DNA of 64,000 bases. It comes from Blastocladiella emersonii ATCC 22665 (Eukaryota > Fungi > Blastocladiomycota). Positions 11,320 through 23,090 of the stretch are shown piece after piece. The stretch spans positions 1,178,001 through 1,242,000 of the forward strand of contig JANHCV010000005.1 of assembly GCA_025594325.1 (NCBI GenBank). Direction: 5' to 3'. The notes beneath the pieces are model-generated. The model worked only from the letters and a program-made list of their open reading frames with translations. It had not been told where the DNA came from and ran no database searches. How positions within the stretch are numbered: position 1 is the stretch's first letter; each line of letters begins with the position of its first letter. The position numbers and the translations under genes were made by a program.

Positions 11320-13285
11320 TCTCAGCTGTAGCTTTAGCGAAGCTGAGTTCCTGTTTGAGCAATTGAAACCTATCAGAGACATCAACCTGCACGTGAACCA
11401 AGCTTCGTCTGCAGTTCTGGCCCCCGACCCCAACTCTCTTGGTCTAGCTCTCATTCCAAGTCCCCGACTCCCCGCATTGGCCTCAGCCCGGTGTAATAAA
11501 AATTCTGACACTGCTTATTTGATGCGGCGACCTACTTGAACGTCTTTGAGTGCGCGGCAAGTCGCAGCGACAGTGGAGCGGTCGGTCGCTGGTGTCTCCC
11601 ACTGCTGCGCCACCCGCTGAGCCACCCGCTGAGCCACCGCTCTCCGACCCCGCCTGCAGCTCCGTCGCCAACCAGTACGACCGCTTTCGAACAACAACAT
11701 ACGCAGCGTCAAGGTCGCGCAAAAATCATTATGAAGCAGCCGGCGCAAAATATAGGTCCTCTATTCCCGCTGTTTCCCCAAACTGACTTCAATCTGGCCG
11801 CCCGAACTGTCGCGCTTTGATCCGTCTTTTTCTTTCTCTTGAAGCGCAATAAAATTGAAAGTTTGTGAATCGCCCGATTACCGAGGTAGTTCAAGATCAT
11901 GGATCTCGGTTGTCGTTCGCAAGGAAATGGTTTCATTCGCGGCGATGGGTAGCGTCTACAAAGTGATTACTGAGGGGTAGCGATGACGTGACGTACACAT
12001 TGACTGGAGAAAGCTCAACATGCACGCAGCAAGGCGAGAGCGGTGCGACGCGACCCCGAAACAGACGGTGAGTACAACACCGGGGTCCACGACCACGACT
12101 GGATCACGCCCGCTAACTGAGCCTAGCCCGGCGATAAGAAAGAAGGGTCAGCAGCGTCAGGCGTATACGCGCCCGCTGTATCGTACTGAAAGTAGTCAGC
12201 CGCATTGAAAGTAGTCAGCCGCAAATCGTACTCGACACCGCGTACTACGTCGTGCGGGTCGACCTGCGCGACACAATTCTTTCTCGCTCCAACGCGTCGT
12301 TGACGAGGTTACGGGCGAGGCGCACATGTACGTCGTTGACGCGATGGACATCAAGGACGGGCCCTGCGTCGAGATCATCTTGGGCTCGGTCCTGATCGCT
12401 GGTCAGACGTCGGCCGCGTGCGAAAGATACTCACGGCGACGCTCGTTGCGTTCCGCTCGATAGCCATCGCCCAGAACGCGAGTCAGGGTGACGCCCAGTT
12501 CATCATCCTCACGGGCTTTGCCGCGCTCAACAAGGAGTTCAGCTGCGATGTGTACACGACCAATATTGAGGTTGGCGGTGCCCAAATCATACACTGCGGC
12601 GCTTCACGGCGTTGTCCCAATTATCCAAGTTTATATTAACCTTCCCGCCCACTGCAACACACCGCGCTTGATCCTTCACGCGCCGATCAGAAACCCAGCG
12701 ACCGTCGCTGCCGCGGACCTGGCCTTGGCCTTCTCGTCAGTGGCTTCTTCACTCGCGAAGAGTGCCGCCGATGCAGCCTCGTACCAGTTCGGCGAGGTGG
12801 ATCGCAAGATTACGAATCGCAACACAGAAAGCACGCGGCGGTAACAGGTGCGTGAGGTCGACTGCTCCTTAGACTGCTTCTCATGGACCGGGACCATGAG
12901 CAGGTGCTCGGGCGAACGTTCTCTCCAGCAAGGCTGCGGACGATCCGCGCTCAGGAACAAGGCGGCGTGGGCGGCCGCGACCTTGGTCACGAGGGCTTCT
13001 CCCGCTCCTCAACTTTGTTAACTCGGTTTACTTAACTGGCACAGACTCTCAGGCAGCCAGCGCGACTTGTTTGAGTCCAGCTTCAGTTCCGACCATGAGC
13101 CACGGCTTCGAGTGCTTGCTCAACCGAATAACGTGATTTTCCGCGGCCACGATGCTCATGGCCGTGGGGGAGTTGGCCATGGACGCGTACCTACCGCGCG
13201 CGTTGTACCTGCGCTGCTGTTCTCATCATCGACACGGCAGACTAAAGCTACAGCTGAGACCCAAGTGTGTGCGCAGCACACACAC
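11320..13285 (+). mobile_element. Non-autonomous insertion with Helitron2/Helentron-like ends
   Basis: 18-bp perfect inverted repeat TCTCAGCTGTAGCTTTAG (11320-11337) / CTAAAGCTACAGCTGAGA (13242-13259); 3' hairpin GTGTGTGC-GCA-GCACACAC (13265-13283); CTAGT on both sides. The empty site is preserved in the paralogous locus at 7443-7480. Confidence 0.75.
12187..12223. repeat. Direct repeat TGAAAGTAGTCAGCCGCA x2
   Basis: Two identical 18-mers with a 19-nt period. Confidence 0.9.
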
Positions 13286-13503
13286 CTAGTGATGATATGG
13301 ACCATTTCGAGTTTGGGAGTGGTCGCCAAGAAACGGATGCACGTGAGCGAAATCGCGCAAAACGCTGATTATATCGAATGCAAGCGAATCACCAACGATA
13401 CTCATCAAGCCCACCGGTTCCGCGTTCCAATGCTTAGCGCTGAAGCACGGGCGCGTACCAGCACACGAGGACCACAGTGTAGACGCGCGTCGCGAGCCAG
13501 ACC
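13286..13503 (-). repeat. Near-identical duplicate of 7461-7666 (last ~23 codons and 3' flank of an array gene)
   Basis: Matches 7461-7666 apart from a 12-nt insertion and a T/C substitution; the rest of the gene is missing. Confidence 0.9.
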
Positions 13504-13845
13504 ATGGTCCGTCCGTGACCACGGTCCCTCTCGCTGCTGCTGGCCAGCGACGGTTTGGCCATGGCCATGGACTCGAACAACCGCCAAGCGTCCCGTCCGC
13601 GAGCTGCTCAAGCAAGACTCAGTAGCTGATCTGTCCAGGATGAACATCGGAGGGCGAATGCGGACGAGGACGGCGGCCTGGACCGCGGCCATCGTGGAAG
13701 TTGATGGTCAAGCTCACACGCCAAAGTAGAACTTGACGGGGACCGAACTGTGCGCGATCCTGAGGCACCACGCCATCATATTGGACGAAGAGGGCGAAAA
13801 ATGGTATATGAAAGGAATGAGAATCAGAACCCCGTGCGACGTCGC

Positions 13846-14984
13846 TCACCATCGCGACACCGCCGCGATCTCGTGCCGCATGACGGGCACGTACCGGTGG
13901 ATCACAACGATGGCGTACCCGCGCGCGGCCATCCACAGGACAGACGGCGCGCCCGCCTCGCCCATCACGATCCACGCGCCGACCTGCTCGGCGAGCAGCA
14001 GCGCCGTCAGCGCGGCGTAGGCCCAGGCGAGCGCGCGGTACGTTGCGAGGCTGCGCGATTTGGCGGCGTGGATCAGCGCCGTGAACCCGGCGAGGATGAA
14101 CAGGGACGCGGTCGCAAAGGCGACGTCGAGCGGGGATAGGCTGTCGTTCTCGTCGCGGCGGCGGCCGCCGTCCGACGGGGGATCGAGTACGGGCCGGTGA
14201 TACGACAGCGTCGAGTCGACGATGGCGGCGAAGGCGGAGCGCCATGCGATGGCGCAGTACACGACGAATGCATAGTACAGCTACACGTTGCGCGAACCAT
14301 CGTGAGCGAAGGACGTCTCCCGAAAGGCGAGCTGGCAGCGAAGCGTACCCATTGGGTCCCGAGGAGCAAGAGGACGCCGGCGCGCAGATCGAAGCAGCAG
14401 CAGCACGTCGCGCGATCCACGAGCGGGCGCGCTGCCGCGGCGTCGAGGATCGCGTACGCGCTTCCCGCGGCTGACTCGCTCGCTGACGAGGACGACGACG
14501 ACGAGGTGGCGATGTGGCGGTGGACGTGCGTGTGGTGGTGATGGACGACGACTTGCGGGACAGCGGCCGCCGCCGACTCGGTGTACGATGGCGGCAGCAG
14601 CAGCGATGACGATGGACCTGCACCCGCCGCCGCGTTCCCGGCCAGCAGCGGCGCCGTCTCCTTGAGCAGGTACTGCGCGGGCAACGGCGGGATCGGCGGC
14701 ACGTTCCCCGCGTCGCAGCCGAGCGGGTTTGGCATGGCGGACGCGGCGAGCGCGGGCGAGTAGTCTGGCGGCGGCGGGGCCGGCAGCGACTGGTACTCGA
14801 AGCGCGCGGCCGTCGTCGCGTTGGACGGCGACGCGAGCGGCGGCGGCTGTTGTGGTTGCCGGTCCGAGTCGACGGATGACGGCGGCGTGCGCGGCGCCGG
14901 GTACCGCGGGATGGGCGTGGCGGCGGCCGACGTCGACGACGAGGACGCCGTCATGGGCGGTTGCTGCTGCGAGGGGTGCGGCAT
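13846..14984 (-). CDS. PY-motif LAPTM-like membrane protein (exons 14984-14349, 14280-13846)
   Basis: PPPDY and LPPSY; CCCCFDLRAGVLLLLG; 68-nt intron after QW; TM module. Confidence 0.85.
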
Positions 14985-15820
14985 GGTGAAGCGCGGTTGT
15001 CGCAGTCGTTGTCGTGGTGGGTGCTCCGTGGCGTCGTCGTCGCGGGCGGTGCTGATGTTGCAGGGTGTGCGAGGATCGTCGTCGTCGTCGGTGCGGTGTG
15101 GGACGAGACGGATGAGCGGGCGAGTTGGCCACGGAGCAGACGCGACGACAACGAGATGGACGGTGCGATGGGGGAGGGAGAGAGCGCGAGCGAGCGACGA
15201 CGACGAGAAGCGGGGACCGTGACGAACGACGGACCCCTAAGCTCTAAAACGGACCCGGCCCGCCCGATATAAACTCTGCGCGGCGCACACGTTCCGTCTT
15301 CCTCTCTCCCCTCTGCACACACCACCGACGACGCCCGCCCGTTCTCACCGCCGTCGTCGCCGCCAAGACCGCCCAATCGAGCACCCTCGGCTGCGCGGAA
15401 GACAGCGGGCGCGGCGTCCCGTGCGTGCCGTGCGACGCGCGCGACGCGCCGCTTCGTCGCGTCCCATCGCGCAGCCGGGGAGGCAGGTCCTGCCGTGCAC
15501 GGCATGGAGGCTTTGGGGAGGCGTTCGCCCAGTGGTTCGCATGGGCCCACCTCGGCGTCAGCCTGAAAGCTTGCTCAGCGGCGGCGACGCCAAGGTTTAG
15601 GCGTCGCGCGGGCCCGGCCGGATCACGTCCACCATCAACCGACCAGCCGACCACCCGACGCGTCGCTTGCGATGCATCGAAATGGCGGGGATCAGCTCAG
15701 TCAAACTCGCTGCTGCCGCGCGGATGCGCCAGGGCGGAACAACGGACTCGGACTAGGACTAAGTGGGACTGTATATAACAACGTAGCGTAGTAGCAAAGG
15801 AGACACTCACCACCACCGGC

Positions 15821-17784
15821 TCAGAACTTCTTGCCGGCCTTCTTGCTCGCGGGCGCCTTCCGTGGTGCCGCCGCCTGCTGCGCCATCTTGGCCTTCTTGG
15901 TCTTGAGCTTGTCCATCTCGTCGCGCTGCCGGCCCTCCTTGCGCTGCAGGTTCTCGAACGTCTTCTTGTTGCGGTTCGACATGAGGATCTTGGCCATGGC
16001 CAGCTTGTCGGCCTCCTCCTGCGCCTGCTTCTGTTTGGCGATCTTGGCCGCCTGCGCCGCGGCCCGCTGCGCGTCGAGCGCCGACATCTCCTCGGCGTCG
16101 TCGTCCGAGTCGGCAACCACACCGTCGTCGTTGTCCTCCTCGTCCGAGTCAGCGAGCGCGAGCGCGTCCTCGTGCGCGGCCGCCGCCTCGGCCTCGGCGT
16201 CGTCGTCGTAGTTGGCCGTCGGGTCGTACACCAGGTCGCTCTTCTCCTCGAACGGCGACAGGTGCGGCGGGAGCGCCATGCCGGGCGCGTACCCCTCGCC
16301 GTGCGTCGTCGACCCGGACACGAGCAGGAGCTTGCCGGCGTTGACACAGTCGAACACCCACTGCGGCTGCACAAAGGTGCGGCGCGGGAGCGCCTGCATC
16401 GCCGACGTGACGGCGGGGCGGTCGACGAGGTGGTGCGTGATGCGCGGGTCCGACTCGGCGATCGGGGAGCCCGCACCGAGCACCGCGTCCCACCCGACCT
16501 GCCCGCCAAACGACCGGATCAGGAACTCGAGCGCCGTGCGCGGCACCTCGCGCGACACGTAGAAGACGAGCGAAGCGAACAGCGACTGCTGCGCCGTCAG
16601 CGACTGCGCCAGCTGCGTGTACGTGACCAGCGGCCGCGACAGGATGTCGGTCGCGTCGCCCGTCGTGCCGGCGGCCTCGGCCGCAGCGCGGAACTCGTCG
16701 CCCTCGGCGGGCTTCTCCTCGTCGACCTCCATGGGAGCCGACGACGCGTCCTCCTCCTCCTCGGCGGTGGCGGCCGCGGCACCCTCGTCGGCCTTGATCG
16801 AGGCGATCTTGGCCTTGAGCGTCTGAATGCGCTTCTTCTCCTCGGCCGTGAGCTTGGCGGGGGCGGCAGCAGCGGCAGCCTTGGACGTGGCCATGGCGGC
16901 GGCGGCCGCGTCCTTGGCCTCGAGCATGAGGGCGGCGAGCCCGGCGCCGTCCTTCTCGAGGGCCTCGTTGACGGTGGGCGGGTACTTGAGGTTGGCGTCC
17001 GTGTACAGCTTGAACAGGACGAACCCGAGCAGCGTGTCGTAGAGGTGCAGGAATGTGCCCATGACCTTGAAGTCCACGTCCGAGGGGGGCTCCTGCGAGA
17101 ACTGGTGTGGCGTGACCCAGGTGATGGCCTGGCCCTTGATCTCGGCCTGGTAGTAGATGCCCTTGATCGAGATGAACGTCTTGCGCAGGGCGCGCGTCTG
17201 CACCACGTACTGCATGAACTCGACGGCCTTGCGCTGGCACGCGGCGACCAGGTCGCCCTTGACGGCGCTGGTCGACGGCATCGACGCAAACAGGAACACC
17301 ATGGACAGGGCGTCGTCGAGGTCGCGCAGCGCGTCCGTGAAAGTCGGGTACCGCTCACGAATAATGTGGTCGATCGTGAACTGCGGCTTGTTCTCCTCGA
17401 GCGAGTCGGCCGCCGAGTAGTTGCCCTTGGCCATGACGCGCGCCATCTTGCGCGCAAAGATCTTCCAGTCACGGAACTTTTGCAGCAGCGGCTCGTGCAG
17501 CAGGTACATGACATCCTTGCGGTAGTACCACGTGTTGGGCGCCGAAGAGCCCTTGTTGATCTTCTTCTTGTTGGGCGGGTCGCGCGGGTAGATGCCCTTG
17601 AGGATGCACAGGCGGCTAGCGGGAGCGGGAACACGCTCGTTAGCACCAGGCTCGAATCATCCATCAAGCAGGGCCAGCCGTACCGGAAGTCCTTAAGCGA
17701 GATCTGGAGCTTCTTGAGCGCCTGCTTGCGGCTAATGTAGTTGGTGACGGCACCCGTGGTGCCCTTCTTCTTCATGAGTGCCAT
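15821..17784 (-). CDS. NOP7: Pescadillo homolog (ribosome biogenesis), intron 17616-17683
   Basis: NYISRKQALKKLQISLKDFR|RLCILKGIYPRDP, IIRERYPTFTDALRDLDDALS, BRCT (FVQPQWVFDCVN), PPHLSPF. Confidence 0.97.
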
Positions 17785-18302
17785 GGTTGCTGCGTGGTGA
17801 TGGGGTTCGTTTCTGGTGGTGCCCGCGGCAAAGTCGTCGATACGTTGCAGTGGGTGGTGTGTTCCCGGTGCGTCACGAAGGGGATCACCTTGCTCGCGGC
17901 TATGGATTCGGCGGCCAGTCCGTGGCGCGCGGCGGCAGGGCGCGGTGGGGCGGGAGGGCGACGAGGCGCGCCTGCTCGCGCCTCAGGTCACGCACAGTCA
18001 CGCGACCCGTCGCTGGGCGGTATTTTCACTCGCTCTTCGCGTCGGCACAAGCCGGAACGCGACCGGAAGCCTTGTTGGGGCCTTGCCTTGCGCCCGCGCC
18101 CCGCGCCAGGAGAGCGCGTTCGTCTTGTCGCCGACGTCGCCGCTCTCGCTCTCTCTCTCCAGCAGCTCGGCTCTGATTATCGTCGCGAACCCCTGCCAGG
18201 TAAGCCTCGGCCCTGCCTGCCCTATGTAACCGTCGCCATGCATGCATCCAACTCAACGAACGAACGATCCGTCCCGCGGTGGCGCCCGTCTAGCCCGCCA
18301 CC

Positions 18303-19645
18303 ATGTTCCGCCACGCCGTCCGCTCCTTCTCGACCACGTCGGCCTCGCTCAAGGTACGCTCGGTTGCACCGCACCGACACGGACGGGTGGATGCTGACGC
18401 CCGATCGCGTCGCGCGCCGCGTGTAGAACAAGGTCGTCATCGTGTCGGCTGCCCGCACGCCCGTCGGCTGCTTCCAGGGCTCGCTGGCCAAGCTGACCGC
18501 GCCTCAGCTCGGTACGCTCTGTCGACGGTCACGGCGTCGCGAGCACTCTCGCTGACCCCTCCCCGTATCTAGGCGCCGTCGCCATCAAGGGCGCCGTCGA
18601 GAAGGCCGGCCTCACGCCCGCCGACATCGAGGAGGTGTACATGGGCAACGTCGTGTCGGCCGCGTCGGGCCAGTCGCCCACGCGCCAGGCGCTGATCGCC
18701 GCCGGCTGCCCCGAGTCGACCGAGGCGACCACCATCAACAAGGTGTGCGCCAGTGGCATGAAGGCCATCATGCTGGCGTCGCAGAACATTGCGCTGGGCG
18801 ACCGCGCCGTGATGGTGGCCGGCGGCATGGAGTCCATGTCGAACGTGCCCTACTACGCGCCGCGCGGCGCCAAGTACGGCAACCAGGTGCTCCTCGACGG
18901 CATCGTCCACGACGGCCTCACGGACGCCTACAACAAGTTCCACATGGGCAACTGCGCCGAGAACACGGCCAAGGTCCACGGCATCACCCGCGAGGCCATG
19001 GACACCCACGCCATCGAGTCGTACAAGCGCTCGGCCGCCGCGTGGGCCGCCGGCGTCTTCGACGCCGAGGTCGTCCCCGTGACCGTCGGCTCGGGCCCCA
19101 AGGCCAAGGTCGTCACCGAGGACGAGGAGTTCAAGAACGTAAAGTTCGACAAGATCCCGGCCCTCCGCCCTGTCTTCGTCAAGGACGGCACCGTCACCGC
19201 CGCCAACGCGTCGACGCTCAACGACGGCGCGTCCGCCGTCATCCTCATGTCCGAGGCCGCCGCCAAGGAGCGCGGCGTCAAGCCCCTCGCCGAGATCGTC
19301 GCCTTTGCCGACGCGGCGTGCGCGCCCATCGACTTCCCCGTCGCGCCCGCCCTCGCGGTCCCGCTCGCCCTCAAGAAGGCCGGCCTCGCCGTCAAGGACA
19401 TTGCCCTGTGGGAGATCAACGAGGCCTTCTCGGTCGTCGTCAAGGCCAACGAGAAGATCCTCGGCCTCGACCCCGCCAAGGTCAACGTCGCCGGCGGCGC
19501 CGTCTCGCTCGGCCACCCGATCGGCTCGTCCGGCTCCCGCATCGTCGTCACCCTCACCCACCTCCTCAAGTCCGGGCAGTACGGTGTCGCCGCTATCTGC
19601 AACGGCGGCGGCGCGGCCTCGGCGATCGTTATCCGCAAGCTGTAA
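18303..19645 (+). CDS. ACAT1: Acetyl-CoA C-acetyltransferase (thiolase II) with mitochondrial presequence; introns 18354-18426 and 18512-18572
   Basis: [31 protein letters not shown] and ICNGGG motifs; N-terminus [17 protein letters not shown]. Confidence 0.95.
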
Positions 19646-20820
19646 GTAAGGAGGAGTGGGGAACGGCAACCTGTGACTTGGGTTGAATGTATTCGCTAGT
19701 TCCTTGCGTCTCGCGTCGACTTGGAGAGGGACTTTGCTGCTCGAGTGAGACCAGCCGAGTTGCCCCGCGGACTCGGCTAGCGGGACTACAGCCCCGGGTC
19801 TTGGATGACCTGTTCGCACACAATAGAATTGCGGCAGTTTCCTCTTTTGCGGAATTTAAACAGTGAGTGAGCGAGCAGTGATCAAGTGGCGGCGAGCAGC
19901 GGGTGAGGCAGCCGCGGTCCGGTTCGGCGGAACACGCGGTCGCGACCATCCGGACGCGTCGCGTCGCGCCAACTGATCTGATCAAATCACCGTCTCCCAT
20001 CACGACGCGTTTGACACCACCACCGTGACACCCCACGCGTTGGTTCCTTTCAAGTCCCACTCACTCACCTTTCGGGCACGACGCACGACGCATGCGCAGG
20101 CGGACGCAGCGGCGCCCGTCCCAGCCACTTCCATCAGCGTTGACGCCACACCACCGCTGAACGCCCAAACGCCCAGCCTTGCGCCCAGCGCACACACGTT
20201 CTAGTGATGCCAGTGGTTTATTGCGACCGCTCCGCTGCTGCTGTGTCGACGCCCTGGTCCCATCCCCAGCGTTTCTTGATCTCCTTGCTCACGGGCGCTC
20301 CTCAGGCGCGGGTCATTCGGAGCGGATGTCATTGAGGCTTTCCTCGGCCCGCGCTGCTTGTCATCGGGCCAACAATGCGCCGCGTGCTGATGCTTGCGCA
20401 CAAGAACGTTTTCTCGCCATCGAGCTCAAGCTAGCTGATGACGCCGCAGTGCGCTGAATGTAAACAGTGCCTTCCCTCAAGTAGGCCGCCGCCCCCACAG
20501 TCTCGGCCATCGTCGGCGCACCTCAATGAACGCTATCCTACGACGCCCAAGAGCCGCAGATTGCAACACCCTGTCGATGTCAATGTACAAAGCACTGACC
20601 CTTTCTAAGGGCCCGTTTGGTTCAGATCAGGTGGATCAGCTGAAAAAGTTGCCACGTTTCACCTCACCCCGTTCATCTCAGCGGCCGTGCGAACCAAACA
20701 CCCCGCTGGATGAACGCCCCCCCCCCCGCAATAAAATCTTTCCCACGTCTTTGCAGCCGCAATTATTGCAACGAATCAACACCTAACCTCACGCATCGTG
20801 TTCTCGAGCCCTCGAACAAC

Positions 20821-22138
20821 ATGGGAAAGGGATACAACCGCAAGCTGCGCGGCCTAATGCTCACGGCCGCCCTCGCTCTCCTGCGACAACTCGCTGCTCG
20901 CATCGAGCGCCGCTCGTGGGAGCCTATCCGCACGTCCACGCTTTTCGGCGAGTCGTGGGTTCAAGAGCTGCTGACGTGCAACAGCGAAACGCATTTTTCG
21001 GAAATCGCCCGTATGCCCCGCGAGACCTTCAAGGCCATCTGCCGCCTGTTCCGCGACCGTGGCCTTCTCGCCGACGGCCGCGAGCTGTCCGTCGAGGCGC
21101 GCTTCATATTTTTTCTTGTCATGGCCGGCGAGGGCAGCACCAACCGCAACCTCAGGGAGCGGTTCCAAATCTCTGGCGAGACCGCGTCCAGGGTTCTGAA
21201 GCAGGTGCTCGACGCTCTGTACCGCCTGATGCCCGAGTTCATTGCCCAGCCGTCCGATTCTACACCCGTGCATGAGCGCATCGCCCATGACCCGAAATAC
21301 GCTCCGTTACAGAACGCGGTCGGCGCGCTTGACGGAACGCACATCCCGTTTGTTGTGCCCGCCAAGCTTCACGACTCGTTCCGAAACCGCAAGGGGACCA
21401 TCTCCTCAAATGTCCTCGCTGCCTGCGACTTTGACTTGAACTTCACCTACGTTCTCGCAGGGTGGGAGGGCAAGGCGCATGACTCGCGCGTGCTCTCGGA
21501 CGCCTTCGCCCGTGGGTTCAAGATCCCCGCCGGCCGCTTCTACCTCGCCAACGGCGGCTACGCAAACCGCACGTCCATCATCGTGCCCTTCCGCGGTACC
21601 CGCTATCATCTTCGCGAGTTTGCCCGCGGCAAGGATGGGTACGTTCTCACTGCCATGACCATCACGTTGGCGCCATCTCATCCGCTTCATCAACGTACGT
21701 AGAGTTAAGAACCGCGAGGAGCTTTTCAATCTGCGTCACGCGTCGCTCCGCAACTCTGTTGAGCGTATCTTTGGCGTGCTCAAGAAGCGGTTCCGCGTCC
21801 TCTCGATTGGCGCGGCCTACCCAATCAAGACTCAAGTCAAGCTTGTGTACGCGCTCTGCACGCTGCACAACATGATCAACAAGTGGAACCAAGGCGGCGA
21901 CGCCTTCTTTCGCGACGCCGAGACGGAGCTCCGGCGCGCGCGGGACGCGGCGCGTGAGGCGCGTGTGCGTGGGCGCGAGCCCCTGAACGACGAGAACGAG
22001 GAGGACGACGAGGCCGCTGTCCTCGAGGCCTCGCTGGACGGAGCTCGTCAGCGCGGTATCTCGCTTCGGAACCGCATCGCAAATGTTCTTTGGACCGAGT
22101 ACAGGCGCGTCATGGCCGCTCGTGGGACCCGTCTTTGA
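20821..22138 (+). CDS. Harbinger DDE transposase (intron 21639-21702); second catalytic Asp is Asn
   Basis: GALDGTHI, FYLANGGY, ELFNLRHASLRNSVERIFGVLKKRF after splicing. Confidence 0.92.
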
Positions 22139-22451
22139 AGGCGCGAAATAATTGTTGTACCCGCATGCATGCTGTAATATACTGATTTGTCAAGTACTAT
22201 AATGTTATATAAGCGATTCTAGATGATTTGACGCGTCGCTGAGGTCAGAACGCATCGGTGGAGACGCGTCGATCAATCACGTGACGTGTGAGACACTTTG
22301 CGAACCACGCGTTTCTCAACGAGTCGCGTCATTTTCGAGCGAAGGGTAACGATTGAAGATACGATGGACACAAAGCCAGATGTATTGGACACAAATGGGC
22401 GAGAACAAGGCCAGGAAGCAACGCGAGGGGAGGGGGACATGTGCGAGTGAG

Positions 22452-22916
22452 CTACTGAATGAAAATCTCGAGGATGCGCTTGCGCTTCGATTCGGACACG
22501 GCCATGACGCGAAGCGCTTGATCCTCGGTCAGGCGGGTGGCGACGTCGATCTGGTACTCTTCATTGTCGTTGTACGCGTCCTGGACCCATTCAAGTGCGG
22601 CGGTCAGGACGGGCTTGGAGTCGGCGGTCGCGACGCTCTGGAACACCTCCTTGATGCCCATGAGGAATTCCGAGTCCGAGAGGCGACGCGAGCTGCTGTC
22701 CGAAGTGCGGCTGCGCTTGCTGGCGGGGGCCGCGTCGTCTTGACCATCGACACCTTCCACGTCACCAGACTCCTTGCCGTCCTGCTCGAGGTGCGAGTAC
22801 TCGCCGGTGGTGGTCGAGCCGCCCCACGAAGGAAAACAGCGTTTATATAGGCCGGGAAGCACAGCCTGAAGGTTTCGGGGGCGAGCAGACGGGCAATTCA
22901 GCGACGAGGGTTCCAT
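22452..22916 (-). pseudogene. Remnant of the Harbinger second ORF (Myb/SANT partner position), N-terminal domain not seen
   Basis: Convergent with the transposase inside the TIRs; acidic/basic linker plus helical C-terminus; only about 130 bp to the TIR and no Trp-repeat Myb domain visible. Confidence 0.5.
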
Positions 22917-23090
22917 TCAGCTCATCCGGGGGTCGACCCAAACGCCGCGATGAACGCGACGGGGTGAAAATGCCACGTTTCAGCTGGGTGAACACCGGAC
23001 CGTGTAAAATCGATTGATCCACCTGATTCACCCCGGAACCAAACGGGCCCTAACATTATACGGCGACCGCTGTTGAAGACTCTGGCTTAC

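Larger units (their letters stand above)
20609..23050 (+). mobile_element. PIF/Harbinger DNA transposon, complete ends, 2442 bp
   Basis: 15-bp perfect TIRs GGGCCCGTTTGGTTC (20609-20623, 23036-23050), shared subterminal ATCAGGTGGATCA, TAA TSD (20606-20608, 23051-23053). Confidence 0.95.

Noticed and set aside
12320-12640. Segment MYVVDAMDIKDGPCVEIILG, faintly like a retropepsin C-terminus
   Set aside because: No D[ST]G motif or continuous frame; too weak to call.
22266-22290. GCGTCG..CAATC..CACGTGACGTGT shared with about 53020-53045
   Set aside because: Short, E-box-like and in different contexts; could be chance.
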